In this document: positions 20,018-29,550 of the stretch, piece after piece
How positions within the stretch are numbered: position 1 is the stretch's first letter
Layout: each line of letters starts with the position of its first letter
The notes under the pieces: model-generated
What the model was told of the DNA's origin: nothing
Seen by the model: only the letters and a program-made list of their open reading frames with translations
The model's database searches: none
Assembly (NCBI GenBank): GCA_902621725.1
Contig: CACNND010000002.1
Coordinates: forward strand, 49-64,048
Direction of reading: 5' to 3'
Length of the DNA: 64,000 bases
DNA from: an uncultured Alphaproteobacteria bacterium
GTDB lineage: Bacteria > Pseudomonadota > Alphaproteobacteria > HIMB59 > GCA-002718135
Position numbers and translations under genes: made by a program

Positions 20018-21292
20018 TTATAATTTTGCTTTCATATTTTCATTTATCTTTGCTGCTTTGATTAAATCATTAATAGATTTGAAAGAATTTGTGTTCTTCA
20101 GCATTTCAATTGCAAGATTAGATGCTTGATATTCGCAATTTGCTCTTACTTTTGTATTTTCTATCCATTCAAAATCTATGTTGTGAGCAAAACCATAAAT
20201 TCTTCGAATTATTTTAGCACCTGCATATGAAATTGTTTCTTCAAAAAGATTTTGCATATACAGTTTTTTTTCTAAAATCATTTTTTTGCTATTTTTTTTA
20301 AAAAGTACTTTTGGGTATGCATCACCATAATTTTCAGTTTCCCACAATTTTATAAATTTCTTTTCAAATTTAATCCAAATAGCTTTAATTATTTCAAGTA
20401 ACCATTTCTTATATTTTTTTCTTTCACCAAATTTTTTTTCGTGACCAGTTTGAGAAAAAAAACTCATTAATAGGTTTGCAATTAGTGCACCAATATCAAA
20501 TCCCATTGGGCCATAAAAAGCAAATTCTGGATCAATTACCTTTGTGTCATTTTTTGTTACCATAATTGAACCTGTATGAAGATCTCCATGTAAAAGAGCA
20601 TCAGTGTTTTTCATAAATTTCAATTTCAGACGACTTATAGAAATTTTTAGTTTTTCATCTCTTTCTATCTTATCCTTCATTTTATTTAAGTAAGGTTTAG
20701 TCCACCTGTTGTTCTTGTTCACTGAATATGGATCGGTAAATATTAAATCCTCAGTAATTTTACAAAGCTCAGTATTTGAAATAAATTTTGTAATTATATT
20801 TTTTTTTGATGCTGCATTTAAATAAAGGTCAGATGTGTAAAACAAAGTTTTTGCTAAATAAGTTGAGATTGATTCTGCAAAACTATTATATTTTATTCCT
20901 TTTATTAATCCATGTCTCATAATTATATGTGGAGATAATTTTTCCATTGTTATAGTACGTAAAACTTCGTCATAATCATAAATTTTTGGAAAATGATTTT
21001 TTGCATATTTTTTGTGAGTATTAAAATATTCATACTCATAATATGAGCGTTTTAGAGTGAGTGGCCAATCTTTCAAAACCCTTAAATAAGGTAAAGGCTG
21101 TTTTAGGCAAATAGAATTATATTTATTTTCAATAAAAAAAACTAGATTTAAATTGCCATCACCTACTTCTTTAACTTCTAACTTTGAAGTATTCTTAAAA
21201 AGTTTTTTTAAATTCCTTTTAGAAATGATAAATTTTTTTAATTCATTTAATTTTAATGGTTTATATTTATTTGGTTTGAATTTGGTTACCAT
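20018..21292 (-). CDS. mtnK: S-methyl-5-thioribose kinase family (MtnK/DrdK-like)
   Basis: 424 aa with EVGDGNLNLVF and HGDLHTGSIM, both hallmark MtnK motifs. Confidence 0.85.
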   Translation of the reverse strand: MVTKFKPNKYKPLKLNELKKFIISKRNLKKLFKNTSKLEVKEVGDGNLNLVFFIENKYNSICLKQPLPYLRVLKDWPLTLKRSYYEYEYFNTHKKYAKNHFPKIYDYDEVLRTITMEKLSPHIIMRHGLIKGIKYNSFAESISTYLAKTLFYTSDLYLNAASKKNIITKFISNTELCKITEDLIFTDPYSVNKNNRWTKPYLNKMKDKIERDEKLKISISRLKLKFMKNTDALLHGDLHTGSIMVTKNDTKVIDPEFAFYGPMGFDIGALIANLLMSFFSQTGHEKKFGERKKYKKWLLEIIKAIWIKFEKKFIKLWETENYGDAYPKVLFKKNSKKMILEKKLYMQNLFEETISYAGAKIIRRIYGFAHNIDFEWIENTKVRANCEYQASNLAIEMLKNTNSFKSINDLIKAAKINENMKAKL

Positions 21293-21345
21293 AGTGATTT
21301 ATATCAACAAAAGACTTAAAATAGAATAAATAGTCAAAATTAATA

Positions 21346-21420
21346 GGTCTCGTGGTGAAATGGATATCACACGTGTCTTCGGAACATGGATTTGGGGTTC
21401 GAGTCCCTACGAGACCGCCA
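21346..21420 (+). tRNA. tRNA-Arg (anticodon UCG), CCA encoded
   Basis: Hand-folded cloverleaf. Acceptor stem GGUCUCG/CGAGACC, D stem GUGA/UCAC with a GG loop, anticodon stem CGUGU/ACAUG with loop CUUCGGA, 4-nt variable loop, T arm UGGGG-UUCGAGU-CCCUA, discriminator G plus CCA. 75 nt. Confidence 0.9.
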
Positions 21421-21421
21421 A

Positions 21422-22465
21422 TTAAATAGTTATTTTTTCAGAGTATTTTGAAATTACTAGCTCAGCAATTTGAACAGCATTAAGTGCTGCTCCTTTTCGT
21501 AAATTATCTGAAACCACCCATAGACTCAAACCATTATCTATAGATTGATCATTTCTTATTCTGCTAATATAAACTTTATCTTCTCCTGCAATTTCTACTG
21601 GAGTCACATAACCTTCATCTTTTCGATGATCAATTACTGAAATACCTTCAGAGTTAGATAATATTTCGTTAGCTTCTTTTTCATCTAATGGTGAGTCAAA
21701 CTCTATATTTACTGCTTCTGAATGACCAATAAATACAGCTGTTCTAACACAAGTTGCTGAAACATTAATGCCTTCATCTAGAATTTTTTTTGTTTCATCA
21801 ATCATTTTTTGCTCTTCTTCTGTATTACCATTTTCTAAAAAAGCTCCAATGTGTGGAATTACATTAAAAGCAATTTGTTTTGTAAACTTTTCTTTTTTCA
21901 ATTCTTGGTTTGCATAAACATTTTGAGTCTGATTAAATAATTCATCCATACCTGTTTTACCTGCTCCAGAAACAGCTTGGTATGTAGATACAACAACTCT
22001 GTTGATAATTGCTTTTTCATGAAGTGGTTTTAATGCAACAACCATTTGTATTGTTGAACAATTAGGGTTTGAAATAATATTAGTTCTGTTTTCATCATCA
22101 AAAAATTCATCAAGTGCATTAGCGTTTACTTCAGGCACGATTAAAGGAATATTTTGGTGCATTCGAAAATGAGAGGTATTGTCTATAACAATACATCCTG
22201 CTTTAGCTGCTTTTGGTGCATATTCCGCAGAAATTTTACCTCCGGGTGAAAATAAACCTATGTGAGCTTTTGAAAAATCAAATTCTGATAAGTCTTCTAC
22301 AACAATTTCTTTATCTTTAAACTCTACTTTTTTGCCTTTTGATTTTGATGATGCGAGTAAATATAAATTGTCTATTGGAAAATCCCTTTGCTCTAATATT
22401 TGGACTATTTCCGTTCCTACCGCACCTGTTGCTCCTGCTACTGCTATATTATATTTTTGAGTCAT
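21422..22465 (-). CDS. asd: aspartate-semialdehyde dehydrogenase
   Basis: 347 aa with GATGAVG and the active-site SNPNCSTI. Confidence 0.95.
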   Translation of the reverse strand: MTQKYNIAVAGATGAVGTEIVQILEQRDFPIDNLYLLASSKSKGKKVEFKDKEIVVEDLSEFDFSKAHIGLFSPGGKISAEYAPKAAKAGCIVIDNTSHFRMHQNIPLIVPEVNANALDEFFDDENRTNIISNPNCSTIQMVVALKPLHEKAIINRVVVSTYQAVSGAGKTGMDELFNQTQNVYANQELKKEKFTKQIAFNVIPHIGAFLENGNTEEEQKMIDETKKILDEGINVSATCVRTAVFIGHSEAVNIEFDSPLDEKEANEILSNSEGISVIDHRKDEGYVTPVEIAGEDKVYISRIRNDQSIDNGLSLWVVSDNLRKGAALNAVQIAELVISKYSEKITI

Positions 22466-23578
22466 TTAATTTCCTGATAGAATTTTTAATTCTTCAATAA
22501 CAGCATTTCCCATTTCTTGAGTAGAGATAATTTTTTCTGCTCCATCTTTAATATCAGCTGTTCTTAAACCTTTTAGTAATACATTTTGTACAGCTTTCTC
22601 AACCATTTGACTATCTTCTTGCATATCAAAACTATATTTCAACATCATAGCAAAGCTCATGATCATTGCTAAAGGATTTGCTTTAGATTGACCAGCTATG
22701 TCTGGTGCACTACCATGAACTGGCTCATACATTGCTGCTCTTGTTCCATTTTCTTTAACTGGTCCAAGAGCTGCTGAAGGGAGCATTCCTAAAGATCCTG
22801 TTAGCATAGCTGCAGTATCACTTAAAAGATCACCAAATAAGTTATCTGTAAGTATGACATCAAATTGTTTTGGATAACGAACTAATTGCATAGCACAATT
22901 ATCTGCAAGCATATGTTCTAAATTAACATCAGAATATTCCTTATTGTGTAAATCTGTTACAGTTTGTTTCCAAAATAAACCTGTTTCCATTACATTTGAT
23001 TTTTCTACTGATGTAACTTTATTATTACGCAACTTTGCTAAATCAAATGCCACTCGTGAAACTCTATTAACTTCTGAAGTTGTATAAAGTTGAGTATCAA
23101 TTGCCTTACTTTCAGTCTCACTAATTTTTGATATTCCTCTTGGTTGTCCAAAATATACACCGCTTGTTAATTCTCTAATTATCAAAATATCTAATCCTTT
23201 AACAAGATCAGATTTTAAAGATGATGAATCTGAAAGAGCATCTAAAACAACAGCTGGTCTTAGATTAGCAAAGAGGTCTAGGTCTTTTCTTAATCTTAAT
23301 AAGGCTGCTTCAGGTCTTTTATCTCTTTCTACGTTATCCCATTTAGCACCTCCTACCGCACCAAATAATACTGCATCACAATCCATAGCTACTTGCATTG
23401 TTTCATCACTTATAGAATTACCTTCTTTATCGTATGCCGTACCACCAACTAATCTTTCAGAAATATCAAAAGATAAAGATTTAGTTTTTTCCATCCAATC
23501 TATGATTTTTAATACCTCAGCCATAACTTCATTACCAATTCCATCACCAGGTAAAATTAAAATTTTTTTATTACTCAT
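22466..23578 (-). CDS. leuB: 3-isopropylmalate dehydrogenase
   Basis: 370 aa with the [12 protein letters not shown]-terminus and NLFGDLLSD motif. Confidence 0.95.
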   Translation of the reverse strand: MSNKKILILPGDGIGNEVMAEVLKIIDWMEKTKSLSFDISERLVGGTAYDKEGNSISDETMQVAMDCDAVLFGAVGGAKWDNVERDKRPEAALLRLRKDLDLFANLRPAVVLDALSDSSSLKSDLVKGLDILIIRELTSGVYFGQPRGISKISETESKAIDTQLYTTSEVNRVSRVAFDLAKLRNNKVTSVEKSNVMETGLFWKQTVTDLHNKEYSDVNLEHMLADNCAMQLVRYPKQFDVILTDNLFGDLLSDTAAMLTGSLGMLPSAALGPVKENGTRAAMYEPVHGSAPDIAGQSKANPLAMIMSFAMMLKYSFDMQEDSQMVEKAVQNVLLKGLRTADIKDGAEKIISTQEMGNAVIEELKILSGN

Positions 23579-23585
23579 TTATTGA

Positions 23586-24188
23586 CTACACTATCCAAGG
23601 TTGGATACTGTGTATTTTTTCTTCGTGAACATCAATTTTTTTATTTTTTTGGAGCGTCAAACCAATATCATCCAAACCCTCTAGCAAACATTTTTTTCGA
23701 AATGCATCAATTTCAAATTCTATTGTTTTATCATTTTGATAAGTGATTTTTTGATTTTCTAAATCAACTGAAACATCATTTTTATTATCTGCTTCGTTCA
23801 TTAATATATCTACCTTTTGTTGATCTAACTTAATTGGCAGTATTCCATTTTTAAAACAATTATTATAGAAAATATCTGCGAAGCTTGGTGCAATTATTGA
23901 CTTAAAACCAAAATCTAAAAGTGACCATGGTGCATGCTCTCTACTTGATCCACAACCAAAATTTGCCCCAGCAATTAAAATTTTTGAAGTTTTATAAGGG
24001 TCCCAGTTTAGAACAAAATCATTCTTTATGTTACCTTGAATATCGTATCTTAATTCATGAAATAAGTTTTTTCCTAAACCAGATCTCTTTATTGTTTTCA
24101 AAAATTGTTTTGGAATAATCATATCAGTATCGACATTAATCATTGGTAGTGGTGCAGGGATACCAATTATTGTTTTAAATGATTCCAT
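23586..24188 (-). CDS. leuD: 3-isopropylmalate dehydratase small subunit
   Basis: 200 aa with the GANFGCGSSREHA motif. Confidence 0.95.
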   Translation of the reverse strand: MESFKTIIGIPAPLPMINVDTDMIIPKQFLKTIKRSGLGKNLFHELRYDIQGNIKNDFVLNWDPYKTSKILIAGANFGCGSSREHAPWSLLDFGFKSIIAPSFADIFYNNCFKNGILPIKLDQQKVDILMNEADNKNDVSVDLENQKITYQNDKTIEFEIDAFRKKCLLEGLDDIGLTLQKNKKIDVHEEKIHSIQPWIV

Positions 24189-25592
24189 TTATAAATCCTC
24201 TGCTGTTGCAAAAGAACCTTTGATTGCAGAGGCAGCAGCTATTGCAGGACTAACAAGATGTGTTCTACCTTCTCTACCTTGTCTGCCTTCAAAATTTCTA
24301 TTTGATGTTGATGCACATCTTTCTTGCGGTTTTAATTGATCTGGATTCATAGCTAAACACATGGAACAACCTGGCTCTCTCCAATCAAATCCTGCTTCAA
24401 TAAAAATTTTATCTAAACCTTCTTCTTCAGCTTGTTTTTTAACTAGACCTGAACCAGGAACGATCATTGAGTCTACAGAAACTTTTTTGCCTTCTACAAC
24501 TTTAGCAACTTCTCTTAAATCCTCAATTCTTCCATTAGTGCAAGAGCCAATAAACACTTTATCAATTTTAATTTTTTGTATTTCTTGTTTGGGTTCTAAA
24601 CCCATATATTCAAGAGAACGCTCCATAGCCTTCTTTCTATTTGGATTACTCTCTTCTTGAGGATTTGGTACTATACCATTTATAGCAACAACGTCTTGTG
24701 GGCTTGTGCCCCAAGTAATTTGTGGTGAAATATCTTCAGCATTAATTAAAATTTCTTCATTATATTTTGCACCCTCATCAGAAGGAAGAGATTTCCAAAA
24801 TTCTACCGCTTTGTCCCAATTATCTCCTGATGGAGCGTACGGTCTACCTTTAATATATTCAAAAGTTTTTTCGTCAGGAGCGATTAAACCAGCTCTAGCA
24901 CCTGCTTCAATACTCATATTACAGATTGTCATTCTTCCTTCCATAGAAAGAGAGGAAATTGCACTACCACCATATTCAATAACATAACCAGTTCCACCAG
25001 CTGTTCCTATCTTTCCTATGATATGAAGGATAATATCTTTTGCTGTAACACCTAAGTTTAATTTACCTTCAACAGAAATTCGCATATTCTTTGCAGGTTT
25101 TTGAATCAAGGTCTGAGTAGCTAATACATGTTCAACTTCACTTGTGCCGATACCAAAAGCTAAGGCACCAAATGCTCCGTGTGTTGCTGTATGACTATCA
25201 CCACACACTATTGTCATACCTGGCTGAGTAATACCCTGTTCTGGTCCGACTATATGGACTATACCTTGTCTACTATCTAATAATGGAAAAAGTGTAACAT
25301 CAAAATCTTTGCAATTTTTTTCTAGTGTTTCAACCTGAATTCTACTTTCTTTATTTTCTATACCTTTAGATCTATCTGAGGTTGGGACATTGTGATCGGC
25401 TACAGCAAAAGTACTTTCGGGTCTTCTAACTTTACGATTATTATTTCTCAAACCTTCAAATGCTTGAGGACTTGTAACTTCATGAACAAGGTGTCTATCA
25501 ATATATATAAGACAAGTTCCATCTTCTTGTCTATCGACAAGATGATGTTCCCAAATTTTATCAAAAAGTGTTTTAGGATTATTTATTGTCAT
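24189..25592 (-). CDS. leuC: 3-isopropylmalate dehydratase large subunit
   Basis: Aconitase-family Cys ligands ([15 protein letters not shown]). The conserved N-terminus begins at [14 protein letters not shown] (ATG at 25590-25592). The 15 upstream codons in the track ORF lie inside rplS and are probably not translated. Confidence 0.93.
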   Translation of the reverse strand: MTINNPKTLFDKIWEHHLVDRQEDGTCLIYIDRHLVHEVTSPQAFEGLRNNNRKVRRPESTFAVADHNVPTSDRSKGIENKESRIQVETLEKNCKDFDVTLFPLLDSRQGIVHIVGPEQGITQPGMTIVCGDSHTATHGAFGALAFGIGTSEVEHVLATQTLIQKPAKNMRISVEGKLNLGVTAKDIILHIIGKIGTAGGTGYVIEYGGSAISSLSMEGRMTICNMSIEAGARAGLIAPDEKTFEYIKGRPYAPSGDNWDKAVEFWKSLPSDEGAKYNEEILINAEDISPQITWGTSPQDVVAINGIVPNPQEESNPNRKKAMERSLEYMGLEPKQEIQKIKIDKVFIGSCTNGRIEDLREVAKVVEGKKVSVDSMIVPGSGLVKKQAEEEGLDKIFIEAGFDWREPGCSMCLAMNPDQLKPQERCASTSNRNFEGRQGREGRTHLVSPAIAAASAIKGSFATAEDL

Positions 25593-26184
25593 CCGATTTA
25601 TTTTCGGCTGCTTTTTCCTCTTCTTTACTAGATTCATCTGCAGCTTCTGCTTTAGATTCTTCTGCTGGTTTGGCTTCTGCTTCTTCTACTTTTGTCTCTG
25701 CTTGTTTTGCTTCTGCCTCTTCAGCTTTTGGTTCCTCTGCAGCATTTGTATCTGTATCTGCAGTTTTTGTTTCTTCTACCGGAGGAGCCTCCTCTATATA
25801 TTCATATTGATCAGCTTCATCGCCCCTATCTTTATCTGCGATCCTTGCTTTCTTTCCAGATAATTCTCTTAGATAATATAGCTTAGCTCTTCTTACATCG
25901 CCTTTTCTAACAACTTCAATTTTTTCTACTAATGGACTGAATAAAGGGAATACTCTTTCAACACCCTCTCCATGAGATATTTTTCTCACAGTAAAGTTAG
26001 AGTTTAATGAATTATTTTTTCTTGCAATACAAATACCTTCAAATGCTTGAAGTCTCGACTTACTTCCCTCTGTAATTCTTACAGTAACTTTTAAAGTATC
26101 ACCTGGACGAAAAGCAGGAACTCTTTTTTTTGAAGTTAACTTTTCAATCTGTTGTTTTTCAAATGTCTCTAATAAATTACTCAT
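25579..26184 (-). CDS. rplS: 50S ribosomal protein L19 with an ~85-aa acidic A/E/K/P-rich C-terminal extension
   Basis: The N-terminal ~116 aa are canonical L19 (FRPGDTLKV..., [10 protein letters not shown]). The tail contains [12 protein letters not shown]. The stop lies 14 nt inside leuC. Confidence 0.9.
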   Translation of the reverse strand: MSNLLETFEKQQIEKLTSKKRVPAFRPGDTLKVTVRITEGSKSRLQAFEGICIARKNNSLNSNFTVRKISHGEGVERVFPLFSPLVEKIEVVRKGDVRRAKLYYLRELSGKKARIADKDRGDEADQYEYIEEAPPVEETKTADTDTNAAEEPKAEEAEAKQAETKVEEAEAKPAEESKAEAADESSKEEEKAAENKSDDNK

Positions 26185-26185
26185 T

Positions 26186-26893
26186 TTATATTTCCTTTTT
26201 ATAAAGATCTGGTCTTAATTCTTTAGTTTTTTCAACCGATTTTTCTTTTCTCCATTTATCAATTTTTTCATGATGACCTGATGTTAAAACATCTGGAACT
26301 TCATGTTTATTTCCATGAATATCTTCCCAGGTTTGTGGTCTGGTATAATGAGGATATTCAAGCAGATTATTAGAAAAAGATTCTTCTAATAAACTTTGTG
26401 GCTGCCCTAATACTCCAGGAATGAGACGAATACAACCTTCAACTAACACCTGGGCAGCAATCTCACCACCAGAAAGGACGTAATCACCGATACTTATTTC
26501 CTGAAAATCAAGAATTTCTATAGCTCTTTGGTCAACCCCTTCAAATCTACCGCATAAAATAAGCATTTCATCATGTTTTGATAGATTATTAAGTTTAGCT
26601 TGAGATAATTTCTGGCCTGACGGTGTTAGAAAAATTTTGCAGTAATTATCGGTTTTGAAAGTGATTGAATTTAATGCTTTTTCTATCACATCTGGACGAA
26701 TAACCATTCCAGGGCCTCCCCCAAAAGGTTCATCATCAACACTTCCTCTTTTGTCAATTCCAAAATTATGTAGATTGACTATCTCGAGAGAAAATTTTTT
26801 ATTGTTTAATGCATTTCCGATTACAGAATATCCTAGTGAACCAGGGAACATCTCAGGATAACAGGTTAAAATTACTACTCTCATTTTAATCAA
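26186..26893 (-). CDS. trmD: tRNA (guanine37-N1)-methyltransferase
   Basis: 235 aa with the CYPEMFPG and GRFEGVDQR motifs. The start could be the internal MRVV, 3 codons downstream. Confidence 0.9.
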   Translation of the reverse strand: MIKMRVVILTCYPEMFPGSLGYSVIGNALNNKKFSLEIVNLHNFGIDKRGSVDDEPFGGGPGMVIRPDVIEKALNSITFKTDNYCKIFLTPSGQKLSQAKLNNLSKHDEMLILCGRFEGVDQRAIEILDFQEISIGDYVLSGGEIAAQVLVEGCIRLIPGVLGQPQSLLEESFSNNLLEYPHYTRPQTWEDIHGNKHEVPDVLTSGHHEKIDKWRKEKSVEKTKELRPDLYKKEI

Positions 26894-27392
26894 GAATACC
26901 AGGTATTGGATCAGCTATAATTTCTTTTTTATTAATATTAATTGATAAAATATTTGTTTTATCAAAAGGTATAAGAGTAAGTTTGGTATTATATTTGACT
27001 TCTAATAAATCACCTGCTCCAAAATTTTGGACACTTAAAACTTTTCCAATACTAGTATTGTCTTTCAAGAAAATCATGCATTCGATTAGATCGTTTATGT
27101 AAAACTCATTATCTTTTGTTTTTGGAAAAAATTTCTTATTTGAAAAAATTTTTTGACCTTTAAGCTCTAAAACATCTTCTCTAGAAAAGTATTTTTCAAC
27201 TTGAACAACACACTTATTATTTTTGAATAAAATTTTTTTAAAATTCCAAGCAACTGAACCATCAAAATTATAATAGTTTTTTAAATTTTTAAAAACTTCA
27301 AAAGAGGTAGTCATCATATTAACTTTTATTTCACCTTTTAATCCTAAAGGAGATCCAAACTGACCAACAAAAATAATATCTTTATTACTCAA
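26886..27392 (-). CDS. rimM: 16S rRNA processing protein RimM
   Basis: 168 aa with GxxGSPLGLKGEIKV at the N-terminus, located between rpsP and trmD. Confidence 0.85.
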   Translation of the reverse strand: MSNKDIIFVGQFGSPLGLKGEIKVNMMTTSFEVFKNLKNYYNFDGSVAWNFKKILFKNNKCVVQVEKYFSREDVLELKGQKIFSNKKFFPKTKDNEFYINDLIECMIFLKDNTSIGKVLSVQNFGAGDLLEVKYNTKLTLIPFDKTNILSININKKEIIADPIPGILD

Positions 27393-27406
27393 AGCAAAAA
27401 TTGATT

Positions 27407-27976
27407 TTATTCTTTTTTAGCTTCTGCTTCTTCTGCTTTTGGTTCTTCAGCAGGTTGTGCATCTTCAGCTGGTTTAACTTCTGCTTCTTCTGCTTTTGGT
27501 TCTTCAGCAGGTTGTGCATCTTCAGCTGGTTTAGCTTCTGCTTCTTCTGCTTTTGGTTCTTCAGCAGGTTGTGCATCTTCAGCTGGTTTAGCTTCTGCTT
27601 CTTCTGCTTTTGGTTCTTCTGCTGCAGCTTTCGCAGCTTCTTCTTTTTCTTTAGCAGCAGCTAAACGTTCCTGTGCTTTTTTCTTAGGTAGATGTTTTTT
27701 TGTTTTTTCAGTAATAACTGGTTTTTCCATCACACCAAGATTGCTAAGAAAAATAGAAATTCTATCTGATGGTTTTGCTCCTTTTGCAATCCATTCCTTA
27801 GCTTTATCTAAATCCATTTTAACTCTATCAGCGCTATCCTTTGGAAGCATTGGGTTATAAGTTCCAATTTGATCTATAAATTTTCCATCTCTAGCTCTTC
27901 TAGAATCAGCAACTACTATTCTATAAAATGGTCTTTTCTTTGCACCACCTCTTGATAATCTTATTCTTACTGGCAT
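27407..27976 (-). CDS. rpsP: 30S ribosomal protein S16 with a ~100-aa repeat-containing C-terminal extension
   Basis: The N-terminus [26 protein letters not shown] is canonical S16. The tail carries 3.5 copies of [19 protein letters not shown]. Confidence 0.9.
   Translation of the reverse strand: MPVRIRLSRGGAKKRPFYRIVVADSRRARDGKFIDQIGTYNPMLPKDSADRVKMDLDKAKEWIAKGAKPSDRISIFLSNLGVMEKPVITEKTKKHLPKKKAQERLAAAKEKEEAAKAAAEEPKAEEAEAKPAEDAQPAEEPKAEEAEAKPAEDAQPAEEPKAEEAEVKPAEDAQPAEEPKAEEAEAKKE
27421..27619. repeat. 57-bp direct tandem repeat, about 3.5 copies, inside the rpsP tail
   Basis: Units are 27421-27477, 27478-27534, 27535-27591 and a partial unit at 27592-27619. Units 2 and 3 are identical and unit 1 differs at 1 nt. 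The period of 57 nt equals 19 codons, so the reading frame is preserved. Confidence 0.9.
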
Positions 27977-27988
27977 TTTATTTCCTTT

Positions 27989-29353
27989 CTAATTTATGTT
28001 TGGAGGAAGATTTCCTTGTAATTTTTGCATTAAATCACTGGGAATTCCTCCTTTGCCCATTGATTTCATTCTCTTCATCATTTTTTGTGATTGGAGAAAC
28101 TGTTTTAATAACCTGTTAACGTCTTGAACTTTTGTTCCAGATCCTTTTGAAATTCTAATTTTACGTGAAGCCTTTATAATATCTGGATCAGCCCTTTCTT
28201 TTTTTGTCATTGAACTGATTATAGCTATTTGTTTATCAATCATTGAATTAGAAATTTTATTTTCTGCTATTAACTTCTGTGCCTTTGAAACACCTGGCAT
28301 CATAGAAAGTAAACCTGAGACTCCACCCATTTTACCCATTTGCTTTAATTGATTGGCAAAATCTTCAAGATCAAATTTTCCTTTAGCGATCTTTTTTGCC
28401 ATATCTTCCATTTCTTCTTTATTAATATTTTCAGCAGCTTTTTCGACAAGAGATACAATATCTCCCATACCTAAAATTCTTTGTGCAATTCTTTCAGGAT
28501 GGAAAGGTTCAAAATTTTCTACTTTTTCACCTAGTCCTATAAATTTTATAGGAGAGTTTGTTATCGATTTAATTGATAGTGCTGCACCACCTCTGCTATC
28601 ACCATCTATTCGAGTTAAAATTGATCCAGTGATATTTATTGCATCACTAAAACTTTTAGCTACATTTGCAGCGTCTTGTCCTGTTAGAGCATCTGCTACT
28701 AATAATGTTTCGTCAGGTTTAAACTTATTTTCAATTTCAATTAATTCACTCATTAACTTTTTATCTACAACTTGTCGTCCAGCAGTATCTAAAATAAGAA
28801 TATCAAATAAATTTTTTTGAGCATAGTCTATAGAATCATCAACAATATTACTGACTGATGATAGATTATGACTAAAGAAATCTGAGCCGGTTTCTTCAGC
28901 TAATACTTTTAATTGTTCTTGTGCTGCTGGTCGATAAATGTCTGCTGATGCTAATAAAATTTTTTTCTTTGAAGACTTCTTTAACAAATAGGAAAGTTTG
29001 GCAATTGATGTTGTTTTACCAGATCCTTGTAATCCACAAAATAATATTTTAGTTAATTGAGAAGAAGATAAATTTAGAGATTTATTTTCTGATCCAAGAA
29101 TTTTTACAAGCTCATCTTGCACAAGCTTTATGATCATTTGATCTGGCTTGACAGATTTGAGAATTTCTTTTCCTAAAATGTTTGACTTGATGGAATTTAT
29201 AAATTCTTTTACTACAACTAATGAAACATCTGCCTCTAAGAGAGCAATTCTAATTTCACGTAATGTAATTTCAAGATCTGTTTCTGATATAACAGCCTTA
29301 CCCCGAATACTTTGAACAATTTTTTCAAATTTTGTGTTCAGTGTATCAAACAT
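27989..29353 (-). CDS. ffh: signal recognition particle protein Ffh
   Basis: GLQGSGKTTS, DTAGR and a Met-rich M domain. The conserved N-terminus begins at MFDTLNTKFEKIV (ATG at 29351-29353, preceded by GGAG). The track ORF carries 20 extra upstream codons. Confidence 0.93.
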   Translation of the reverse strand: MFDTLNTKFEKIVQSIRGKAVISETDLEITLREIRIALLEADVSLVVVKEFINSIKSNILGKEILKSVKPDQMIIKLVQDELVKILGSENKSLNLSSSQLTKILFCGLQGSGKTTSIAKLSYLLKKSSKKKILLASADIYRPAAQEQLKVLAEETGSDFFSHNLSSVSNIVDDSIDYAQKNLFDILILDTAGRQVVDKKLMSELIEIENKFKPDETLLVADALTGQDAANVAKSFSDAINITGSILTRIDGDSRGGAALSIKSITNSPIKFIGLGEKVENFEPFHPERIAQRILGMGDIVSLVEKAAENINKEEMEDMAKKIAKGKFDLEDFANQLKQMGKMGGVSGLLSMMPGVSKAQKLIAENKISNSMIDKQIAIISSMTKKERADPDIIKASRKIRISKGSGTKVQDVNRLLKQFLQSQKMMKRMKSMGKGGIPSDLMQKLQGNLPPNIN

Positions 29354-29550
29354 AAATCTCCAATAGCCTTTTAACTCCAGGGCACGAAACTCGTGGGCTA
29401 GAGTACCTATCACAATTGTAACAAGCTCAATTCGTTTACAAATATAGGATTTGTTCGTGACCCTCTATTAGCTGAATAATTGAAAGTCAAGTATTCTTAA
29501 ATTTCCCATATTTACTGAGATTTATCGATAAATTAGGTTATAAAACAAAT

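Noticed and set aside
21293-21421. tRNA-Arg as a possible genomic-island integration site next to the salvage cluster.
   Set aside because: I saw no integrase, no direct repeat of the tRNA 3' end and no mobility genes nearby. The flanking genes (asd, mtnK) are tightly packed.
25593-25637. The 15-codon N-terminal extension of leuC in the track ORF.
   Set aside because: It lies inside the rplS coding region. The conserved LeuC N-terminus starts at the internal Met (25592).
27421-27619. Possible CRISPR array, suggested by the direct repeats.
   Set aside because: The repeats are strictly tandem with no spacers, are in frame within rpsP, and no cas genes are present.
27385-27664. Two repeat-containing ORFs: 27385-27576 on the minus strand ([19 protein letters not shown] x3) and 27401-27664 on the plus strand.
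   Set aside because: They are alternative-frame or antisense readings of the 57-bp repeat inside rpsP. The S16 frame is continuous with a canonical S16 N-terminus.
28353-28820. A 155-aa plus-strand ORF, plus similar track ORFs at 1862-2089, 3217-3414, 5525-5779, 8422-8655, 24361-24660, 24706-24987, 33436-33792, 45023-45406 and 49505-49741.
   Set aside because: All lie antisense within well-supported conserved genes (ffh, sucD, sucC, sdhA, leuC, pgk, fdxA and others). They have low-complexity, shadow-ORF composition and no SD or family motif.
29354-29413. The 20-codon N-terminal extension of ffh in the track ORF.
   Set aside because: Ffh proteins begin with MFD.L; that Met has a GGAG upstream. 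The extension covers the structured leader.
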